DNA from: Cyanophyceae cyanobacterium | Lineage (GTDB): Bacteria; Cyanobacteriota; Cyanobacteriia; Cyanobacteriales; JBHJGN01 | DNA: 11,135 nucleotides | Direction of reading: 5' to 3' | Assembly (NCBI GenBank): GCA_050331735.1 | Contig: JBHJGN010000017.1 | Location: 1-11,135 of the forward strand | Part shown: positions 1-6,588 of the stretch, in pieces | Position numbering within the stretch: position 1 is the stretch's first letter | How the letters are laid out: every line of letters begins with the position of its first letter | Translations under genes and position numbers: made by a program | Notes under the pieces: model-generated | The model's database searches: none | The model's input: the letters and a program-made list of their open reading frames with translations, nothing else | What the model was told of the DNA's origin: nothing

Positions 1-40
1 ACTCTATGCTGAGAAGTTACCACACTAATCGGCGAGAGCA

Positions 41-148
41 ATGACTCCAACTTCCCACCTTTATAATGCGCTGCAGAACTATCTGAGTCAACGTGACAAT
101 CAGTGGCGTGACAAGCGACATTTGCAAACTCTGTGCTGGATATTGATC
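41..148 (+). mobile_element. Remnant: N-terminal ~35 codons of a probable IS4-family cyanobacterial transposase
   Basis: MTPTSHLYNALQNYLSQRDNQWRDKRHLQTLCW resembles, from recollection, the LY..L...LSQ...W.D.RHL.TL.W start of cyanobacterial IS4-type transposases. The resemblance ends at about 140-148, where DUF1822-like sequence starts in another frame. No DDE domain is present. Confidence 0.55.
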
Positions 149-729
149 AGCTACTCGCCACTTGCACTCAGGCAGCGAGGACCGCTGGCGGTGATCGCTT
201 TACGAACGGGCAGCACAGGAGTGCTCAGGCTGCGGTGGAGGAGACGGCAGCAGAAACGGTTCACAACGTCCGTGAATGGTTTAGAGAGATGTTCGAGGCG
301 GGTTGGCAGTCTTGAGAATCTCTGCTCAGCAGCCAGCCAGAGATGGCTCTTGCCTATAGTTTTCGCCACGATTCGTCGGGCAGACTCTCTGTTGAAGGCG
401 TGAAACTGATCGATTTGGGAGTACAGCTTGGCCATCAATCAGTAGTACTGCTGGTGGGGTTGACTCCAGAAGCCGACCAGAGAGTGAGCGTTCGCGTCCA
501 GCTTCATCCAGCAGGCGGGCAGGCAACCTTACCACCAGACATTAAGCTGGCTTTGCTGTCTCCCTCTAGCAAAGTGCTTCAGGAATTGAGAGCGCGAAGC
601 CAGGATAACTTGGTACAGCTTAAACGGTTTACCTGTCCGGTGGGCCAACGGTTTAGCATCCAAGTTGCTTTGGGCGATTTTAGCCTCACGGAAGAATTCG
701 TGGTTGAGCTGCCGGAAGGAAATGTCTAA
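139..729 (+). pseudogene. DUF1822-family protein, C-terminal part; 5'-truncated and interrupted by an in-frame TGA at 313-315
   Basis: ORFs 133..315 and 343..729 share a frame and read ...VHNVREWFREMFEAGWQS*ESLLSSQPEMALAYSFR...VKLIDLGVQLG...VVLLVGLTPE...VRVQLHP...LPPDIKLALLS...ARSQDNLVQLKRF...FSIQVALGDFSLTEEFVV. This matches the typical DUF1822 C-terminal region as I recall it. Confidence 0.7.
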
Positions 730-790
730 TCAGGGAAAAGGATGCATTTCCCTCTGACTAATCATCTGTAGCTTCACTTTTCAGTTTTTG

Positions 791-834
791 TGTATTTCTA
801 GCTACAAATATCGGTGGGAATTGGCTCTTAGTAT
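791..834 (+). promoter_or_regulatory. NtcA-activated (class II) promoter of glnT
   Basis: TGTA-TTTCTAGC-TACA at 791-806 is a perfect GTA-N8-TAC box. A TAN3T -10 box (TAGTAT, 829-834) follows 23 nt after the TAC and lies 27 nt upstream of the glnT ATG. Confidence 0.85.
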
Positions 835-861
835 GGGTGAATCTCTCTAGGAACTGTCCTG

Positions 862-2157
862 ATGCTGCTATCCGACTTTGCCCGCGATCGCGGGATTCGC
901 TACTTTCTCATTTCCTTCACCGATTTTTTTGGGGTCCAGCGGGCTAAACTGGTTCCTGCTCAGGTAATTGATTCAGTGGCAGAAAGTGGAGCGGGATTTG
1001 CGGGCTTCTCGACTTGGCTAGATCTCTCTCCTGCCGATCCCGATCTGATGGCAATCCCTGACCCCAATAGCCTGTTTCAACTGTCTTGGCAGCCAGAGGT
1101 AGCCTGGATGCCTGCCGACCTCTATCAGAGTAACGGACAGCCGCTTGAACAAACGCCTCGTTTAGTGTTAAAGCGCGTCCTCAAGCAAGCTCAAGAGCAA
1201 GGATACCGTCTCAAAACCGGGGTGGAATGCGAGTATCTGCTGCTGTCTGCGGATGGAGAGATTTCTGATGAGCGCGATCGCGCGGCCAAACCCTGCTACG
1301 ATCAGCAGGCGCTCATGCGTCGCTTTGATGTGGTGGGGGAAATTTGCGATGCCATGATCGCTCTAGGATGGCAACCCTATCAAAACGACCACGAAGATGC
1401 TAACGGCCAGTTTGAAATGAACTGGGCCTACGACGACGCCCTAGTAACGGCAGACCGTCAGGCGTTTTTTAAGTATATGACGAAGGCGATCGCCGAAAAG
1501 CACGGGTTTCGCGCTACCTTCATGCCCAAGCCGTTTACTCAGCTAACGGGCAACGGCTGCCATATGCACATTTCTGCTTGGAATACTGAGGGCACAACTA
1601 ATTTGTTTAGCGATCCCGAAGGAGAACTGGGGCTGTCTGACTTGGCGTATCAGTTTATTGGGGGAGTGCTGCATTCGGCAACCGCTCTCTGTGCCTTCAC
1701 CAATCCCACTATCAATTCCTATCGGCGGATTAACGCTCCGGTAACCACATCAGGAGCAACCTGGTCGCCCAATACGATTAGCTACAGCGGGAATAATCGC
1801 ACCCATACTATCCGCATTCCTGATGCTGGTCGCTTTGAATTACGTCTCGCCGATGGTGCCACCAATCCCTACCTGTTTCCAGCTTCGGTGATTGCAGCCG
1901 GACTTGACGGCATTGCTCAAAAAAGAGCTCCGGGGAAGCGATCTGACAACAACAGCTACAGCGACCCGGATAGTTCCGCCAAGCGTCTTCCCACTAGCTT
2001 AGTCGATGCGCTGCGCCATTTAGAGGCGAATACCGTGCTTGCAGAAGCGCTTGGCAAGCAGGTCGTAGCATCGTACCTGAAGCTCAAATACCAACACTGG
2101 CAAGAGTACAGCACCCAAATTACGGCTTGGGAACTAGACAATACTCTTGATTGTTAA
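862..2157 (+). CDS. glnT: GlnT-type glutamate--ammonia ligase / gamma-glutamylmethylamide synthetase (GmaS)-like protein
   Basis: 431 aa glutamine synthetase fold: GAGFAGF.TW, GVECEY, YQNDHEDANGQFEMNW, ATFMPKP, GNGCHMHIS, NPTINSYRR, GNNRTH.IRIP, RFELRLADG. The N-terminus (YFLISFTDFFGVQRAKLVP) is characteristic of the GlnT/GmaS subfamily. Confidence 0.88.
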   Translation: MLLSDFARDRGIRYFLISFTDFFGVQRAKLVPAQVIDSVAESGAGFAGFSTWLDLSPADPDLMAIPDPNSLFQLSWQPEVAWMPADLYQSNGQPLEQTPRLVLKRVLKQAQEQGYRLKTGVECEYLLLSADGEISDERDRAAKPCYDQQALMRRFDVVGEICDAMIALGWQPYQNDHEDANGQFEMNWAYDDALVTADRQAFFKYMTKAIAEKHGFRATFMPKPFTQLTGNGCHMHISAWNTEGTTNLFSDPEGELGLSDLAYQFIGGVLHSATALCAFTNPTINSYRRINAPVTTSGATWSPNTISYSGNNRTHTIRIPDAGRFELRLADGATNPYLFPASVIAAGLDGIAQKRAPGKRSDNNSYSDPDSSAKRLPTSLVDALRHLEANTVLAEALGKQVVASYLKLKYQHWQEYSTQITAWELDNTLDC

Positions 2158-2308
2158 AGCTATCCGCTTGCGTTCGTTTTCTTTCTCACTTGGTTTGTTG
2201 ACTGGCTCGGAGCAGATGCCTATGTTTACTATAGTTCACAGTTAATTATTCATGACTAGCTGCTTGTCTATTTTTGTTTTGTCAGCACCAGCGATTACTA
2301 ACCAATCA

Positions 2309-3787
2309 CTAATGACACCCCTCTTTGTCTATTTTTGGCAACTGCATTACATAGCAGTATCCAGACTGAGGCGACTTTTGCACGATAATCTTACCGCCGT
2401 GAAGTTCTACCAAACGACAGCTCAGTAACAACCCCAGCAAATTGCTGTCAGCCTCCGCAAGAGGGGATTGTTCTGTCTGACTTTGAGCAAGGAGAAGCGA
2501 TGATGTCAGCGTCGCGCTATTAGCCGGGGAATCGCTATCAGCGAGAGATTCTGAAGCTAAGACACGAGTCATGAGTTGAGCAAGCTGAGCTGGATGGGAG
2601 CGATCTCCTAACCAAGAGTGAGATCCCCAAACCGCAAGCCCTACAGTGTCACTGGTCAGGGAAACATGAACATTAATTTGAGAATCTGCCTCAGCAGAGT
2701 TGATGATGCAGGCTATCAAATAATAAAGAGCTTGATGAACTTTCTCTTTATCTAGGAACCAGACACGATTTCCTGGCTCTACCGTAAGACAGATTTCCTG
2801 CTGTTGCTGCTTAGCATCCGGCAATAGACGGTTAACTGCTTGCTGGCACAGCATGCCTACGTCTACAGCGCCAATTTCTAGGGGAGCAGTCCCGTCACTG
2901 AGATGTCCGAGACGAACGATTTCCTCCATCAAAGCGAGCATCTGCTGTCCGCTCCCGTGAATAATCTCCAGATATTCCTTTTGCTTAATCGTCAAAGCTC
3001 CGTAAACTTCCTGACGCAAAATGCTGGCCATGCCGATGACTGAAGTCAGGGGAGTCCGCAGTTTTTCAGTGAGCTGCTCTAGTAACGTTACTTTGAGTGC
3101 ACCGATAGCGTACCAGAAATGTTTGTGTTGGTACGGTGTTGCGCCTGCGAGAAAGGTAGCTTCTGGAGGCTCATCTTGGGAACTCTCGGCAGAAGACGGT
3201 TCTGGTCGAGCAATCGTCTGTTGGTCAGCAGGGAGTTTAAGCAAACTGTCTCGCTCAAACTCCCCTAGGCACCAGCGAGCCGTCAGCGCTAAAAATTCAG
3301 CATCCCTCTCTGTAAATGAATGAGGCTCTAGTCCCATAACCGCTAGAGTGCCAATACTCTGCCCCGATGAAGTGACAAGAGGAGTGCCAAGATAAGCCCG
3401 AATTCCGTAATGCTGAACTAAGACACTCTGAGCAAAAATGGAGTTGTTTAGAGTATCTTCTATCGCTAAATTTTGCCCACTGTCTAGAACATAGGTACAA
3501 AAAGCATCTTGCCGGAGAATTTTACGCTGTGCCGCTAGGGGATTCATCAAGCCAAGCCGAGATAAACCGACGGCTGACTTCAGCCACAGCTCGTCGTGGA
3601 CCATCAAGCCGAAAATACAGATAGGCACGTCAATAAAACGAGCCGCTGTTTGGGTTGCTTCATCAAAAACCGGAACCGTTGCTGTGTTTAGTAGTCCTAA
3701 ATTATTGAGAGCTTCAATGCGCCGTTGCTCCCGGTCTGCTGCTGTAAGACCGTCAATCCGGCAAAATAGTTGATTGGCATGAACCAT
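2309..3787 (-). CDS. GAF-domain sensor histidine-kinase-like protein with degenerate HisKA/HATPase motifs
   Basis: N-terminal GAF domain (REQRRIEAL..LGLL, FDEATQTAARF, AFCTY, IRAYLGTPL...G..IGTLAV). HisKA-like segment LTEKLRTPLTSVIG. C-terminal HATPase-like LGLLLSCRLVELHGGKI. Confidence 0.85.
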   Translation of the reverse strand: MVHANQLFCRIDGLTAADREQRRIEALNNLGLLNTATVPVFDEATQTAARFIDVPICIFGLMVHDELWLKSAVGLSRLGLMNPLAAQRKILRQDAFCTYVLDSGQNLAIEDTLNNSIFAQSVLVQHYGIRAYLGTPLVTSSGQSIGTLAVMGLEPHSFTERDAEFLALTARWCLGEFERDSLLKLPADQQTIARPEPSSAESSQDEPPEATFLAGATPYQHKHFWYAIGALKVTLLEQLTEKLRTPLTSVIGMASILRQEVYGALTIKQKEYLEIIHGSGQQMLALMEEIVRLGHLSDGTAPLEIGAVDVGMLCQQAVNRLLPDAKQQQQEICLTVEPGNRVWFLDKEKVHQALYYLIACIINSAEADSQINVHVSLTSDTVGLAVWGSHSWLGDRSHPAQLAQLMTRVLASESLADSDSPANSATLTSSLLLAQSQTEQSPLAEADSNLLGLLLSCRLVELHGGKIIVQKSPQSGYCYVMQLPKIDKEGCH

Positions 3788-4008
3788 GCTGGTTGTGACG
3801 CTGACTGCTGTAATAACTCGCTTTAATTAAAGTAAATTTAAATAGGCAGTTTGTGAAGGTTGCTGACTACCAAGCAAAATAACGGCAGGCTCAAGTCCCT
3901 ACTGTTTGTGTTGAACATTGTCAGCAAAAATCTAAAAGCCTGTGTACCTGAATTTAGAGGAACTGCCCAAACCTCAAGCGAGGGAAGCCTTGTAGCAGTT
4001 CCTCTGTT

Positions 4009-4755
4009 TTATGGTTCGCTTGACCATGCCGGATGAGAGAAGACCGAGGCAATGACTCGCACTCCCCGAAGCTGATTGGAGAGGGGAAGATGTCCTCTAG
4101 GAGCGCTGAGATTCCAGGTAAATTCGTTTGGATACTGTGTCCAGCGGTTACCCGTTCTCCAGCCAATTTTGGGCCAGAGCTTGGAAAAGTCTTGGCCCAC
4201 AGCTAGCCAGAGTTGCCGCTGGACAGAAAAGCCAAATTTGCCTTCGGAATAGGTCCACCAGAGACGGTCGATGGTGCGTAAGTCTGCAATTGGAAATTGC
4301 TCAACTTCGGTAAAGTAAAGCCACTTCCTCTTTTTCGCTGCCTCGCCTGCTAATTCACAAAGCTGCTGCCGCGTGAGGCTATCAGCCGCTTGAAAATCTT
4401 GCTGAATCAGGAGATGCTGGAGGAGCTGATAGTTAATATTGCGCTCGGAGTTGAGAGCGACAACGCCGTTAAGGGAATCGAGAGCTGGAAGTTGAGAAGA
4501 ATTAAGCTGATACAGAACGGTAGAGATTTTGCCGAGCACTAGCTCAGCCGAAGATAGGGGTTGAGCCGAAGCGCCTCTTTGAGGAGATTGGGAGCGTAAA
4601 TAATTTTGTAGAACGGCCAAGCCGGGTTCTCCCGCGTTCACGAGTTCGGGAACAAGCTGTAGCTGTTTTTTTGGTGAGGCAGATTCAAATTGGCGGCTTA
4701 GCTCCAGGAGGCGATCGCGCTCGTTATCGACGAAGGCAGATGGTTGGTCAGGCAT
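4009..4755 (-). CDS. gun4: GUN4 (Ycf53) porphyrin-binding Mg-chelatase activator with N-terminal helical domain
   Basis: GUN4 core motifs: INYQLLQHLL..QDFQAAD..T...LCELAG, RKWLYFTEV, DLRTIDRLW..YSEGKFGFSVQRQLW, LWPKIGW, APRGHLP..NQLRG. The start is uncertain: ATG at 4755 is preferred, and the longest ORF starts at 4794. Confidence 0.88.
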   Translation of the reverse strand: MPDQPSAFVDNERDRLLELSRQFESASPKKQLQLVPELVNAGEPGLAVLQNYLRSQSPQRGASAQPLSSAELVLGKISTVLYQLNSSQLPALDSLNGVVALNSERNINYQLLQHLLIQQDFQAADSLTRQQLCELAGEAAKKRKWLYFTEVEQFPIADLRTIDRLWWTYSEGKFGFSVQRQLWLAVGQDFSKLWPKIGWRTGNRWTQYPNEFTWNLSAPRGHLPLSNQLRGVRVIASVFSHPAWSSEP

Positions 4756-4858
4756 AATCGGGTGTTGACCGGGGCGATAGTTACTAAAAAGCATTCATTA
4801 ATCATTTGACCAAAACCCTCGGCAATTCGCAATGCTCAGTTCACGGGAAGCTATATCT

Positions 4859-4909
4859 TGATACAATAGCGGATTTTACTGATGACTGGGATAAACAATT
4901 TATCCAGTC
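4859..4909 (+). promoter_or_regulatory. Putative icd extended -10 box and 5'-UTR hairpin
   Basis: TG-A-TACAAT at 4859-4867, followed by GACTGGGATAAA-CAA-TTTATCCAGTC at 4884-4909 (11 bp stem with one bulged G). Confidence 0.5.
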
Positions 4910-4951
4910 GATGTCTGTTACTCTACCAATCACCCTTAATCTAGTTCATCT

Positions 4952-6370
4952 ATGTACGAAAAATTAACTCCTCCCGATACTGGCTCCAAACTGACGTTCG
5001 ACAACGGTCAGCCAATTGTACCGGATAATCCCATCGTTCCCTATATTCGCGGGGACGGCACCGGAGTCGATATTTGGCCTGCGACCCAATCTGTCATTGA
5101 TAGCGCTGTACAAAAAGCGTACGGCGCTCGCCGCCAAATCACCTGGTTTAAAATTTACGCTGGAGATGAAGCTTGCGATGTCTACGGCACCTATCAGTAT
5201 TTACCAGAAGATACCCTCACAGCGATTCGAGAATACGGGATCGCCATCAAAGGACCGCTTACTACCCCTGTCGGCGGTGGGATTCGCTCGCTCAACGTCG
5301 CGCTGAGGCAAATTAACGACCTCTACGCCTGCGTACGTCCCTGTCGCTACTATGCCGGAACTCCTTCACCCCACAAGTACCCGGAAAAGCTAGATATTAT
5401 TGTTTATCGGGAAAACACTGAAGATATTTATCTAGGCATCGAATGGCGACAGGGCAGCGAAATTGGCGACAAGCTGAATCATCTACTCAACACAGACCTG
5501 ATTCCCGCTACGCCAGAACACGGCAGCAAACAGATTCCCGCCGATTCCGGCATTGGGATTAAACCGATTAGTAAAATGGGTTCTCAGCGGTTGGTTCGTC
5601 GGGCGATTCAAAATGCGCTTAGCCTGCCAAAGCCCAAGCAAATGGTGACGCTGGTGCATAAAGGCAACATTATGAAATACACCGAAGGAGCGTTTCGAGA
5701 TTGGGGCTATGAGCTAGCGACGACTGAGTTTCGCGCTCAGTGCGTCACTGAACGGGAATCCTGGATTTTGAGCAACCAAGACCAGGTGGACTCGATTGAA
5801 GCCAACGCCCGTCGGGTAGAGCCCGGTTACGACTCTCTGACCACCGCTAAACGGGAAGAGGTCTGCACAGAGGTCAAAGCCGTTCTGGAGTCGATTGGAG
5901 ACAGTCACGGCAACGGACAGTGGAAAAACAAGGTGATGGTGAACGATCGCATTGCCGACAGCATTTTTCAACAAATCCAAACTCGTCCCGATGAATACTC
6001 TATCCTGGCAACGATGAACCTTAACGGCGACTACCTCTCCGACGCAGCCGCAGCGATTGTCGGCGGCTTAGGTATGGGACCGGGAGCCAATATTGGCGAC
6101 ACCTGCGCTATCTTTGAAGCCACCCACGGCACCGCCCCGAAGCACGCTGGACTGGATCGGATTAATCCTGGCTCGTTGATTCTTTCAGGGGCAATGATGC
6201 TCGAATACATGGGCTGGCAAGAAGCAGCGGACCTGATTCGCACCGGCATTGGAGAAGCGATCGCCAACCGTCAGGTAACCTACGATCTCGCCCGGATGAT
6301 GACTCCCCCAGTCAAACCACCGCTCAAATGTTCTGAATTTGCAAGAGCGATCATCGAGCGTTTTCAATAA
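4952..6370 (+). CDS. icd: NADP-dependent isocitrate dehydrogenase
   Basis: GDGTGVDI, IKGPLTTPVGGGIRSLNVALRQ, RENTEDIY, VHKGNIMKYTEGAF, NLNGDYLSD, FEATHGTAPKHAG, VTYDLAR; 472 aa, consistent with the cyanobacterial type. Confidence 0.97.
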   Translation: MYEKLTPPDTGSKLTFDNGQPIVPDNPIVPYIRGDGTGVDIWPATQSVIDSAVQKAYGARRQITWFKIYAGDEACDVYGTYQYLPEDTLTAIREYGIAIKGPLTTPVGGGIRSLNVALRQINDLYACVRPCRYYAGTPSPHKYPEKLDIIVYRENTEDIYLGIEWRQGSEIGDKLNHLLNTDLIPATPEHGSKQIPADSGIGIKPISKMGSQRLVRRAIQNALSLPKPKQMVTLVHKGNIMKYTEGAFRDWGYELATTEFRAQCVTERESWILSNQDQVDSIEANARRVEPGYDSLTTAKREEVCTEVKAVLESIGDSHGNGQWKNKVMVNDRIADSIFQQIQTRPDEYSILATMNLNGDYLSDAAAAIVGGLGMGPGANIGDTCAIFEATHGTAPKHAGLDRINPGSLILSGAMMLEYMGWQEAADLIRTGIGEAIANRQVTYDLARMMTPPVKPPLKCSEFARAIIERFQ

Positions 6371-6588
6371 AGCGCTTCTAGGCGTGGGGGAAATAGTCCC
6401 TGCGGAACGGGGAAAGGGAAAACTGTCGCTCCGCGACGGGTAAGGGGGAAAGGAAAATCCCTGCGGGACGGGAAAGAACACAGAGCTAAGGAATAAGCTT
6501 GATAGTCCCCCCCCTTTCCCTGTTCCGCCAGGAACTATTTCCCCGTCGCGGAGCGACAAATTCCCCTTTCCCCGCGCCGACGGCGCTT
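6370..6588. repeat. Composite inverted-repeat element, copy 1 (mini-hairpin modules in GGGGAAA tracts), filling the convergent icd-leuS gap
   Basis: + arm hairpins at 6396-6408, 6425-6437 and 6457-6469; - arm hairpins at 6522-6535, 6545-6557 and 6574-6586. 6425-6440 GTCGCTCCGCGACGGG is the exact reverse complement of 6542-6557, and 6391-6418 is a near reverse complement of 6512-6540. Confidence 0.85.

Noticed and set aside
313..315. Selenocysteine or programmed read-through at the TGA
   Set aside because: The position corresponds to an aliphatic residue rather than Cys, no SECIS-like hairpin is evident, and the gene is also 5'-truncated.
41..403. 120-aa ORF as a real gene
   Set aside because: Only the first ~35 codons look like a protein; the remainder is an off-frame reading of the DUF1822 pseudogene.
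732..753. AGGGAAA-N8-TTTCCCT hairpin as a terminator after the DUF1822 fragment
   Set aside because: The stem is weak, the loop is large and there is no adjacent U-tract, so support is insufficient.
862..2157. Calling this gene glnA or glnN
   Set aside because: It is too short for GlnN (about 720 aa) and its motifs match the GlnT/GmaS subfamily rather than GSI-beta GlnA.
2158..2308. Intrinsic terminator or sRNA between glnT and the convergent kinase gene
   Set aside because: The region is T-rich, but I found no convincing GC-rich stem.
4822..4835. NtcA box upstream of icd (GCA-N8-TGC)
   Set aside because: Both half-sites deviate from GTA/TAC, and the spacing to the putative -10 box is 26 nt rather than about 22-23.
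6386..6586. CRISPR array interpretation of the hairpin repeats (also 9740-9942)
   Set aside because: Units are not identical, the intervening sequences are short G/A tracts rather than unique spacers of about 35 nt, orientation flips midway, and there are no cas genes in the window.
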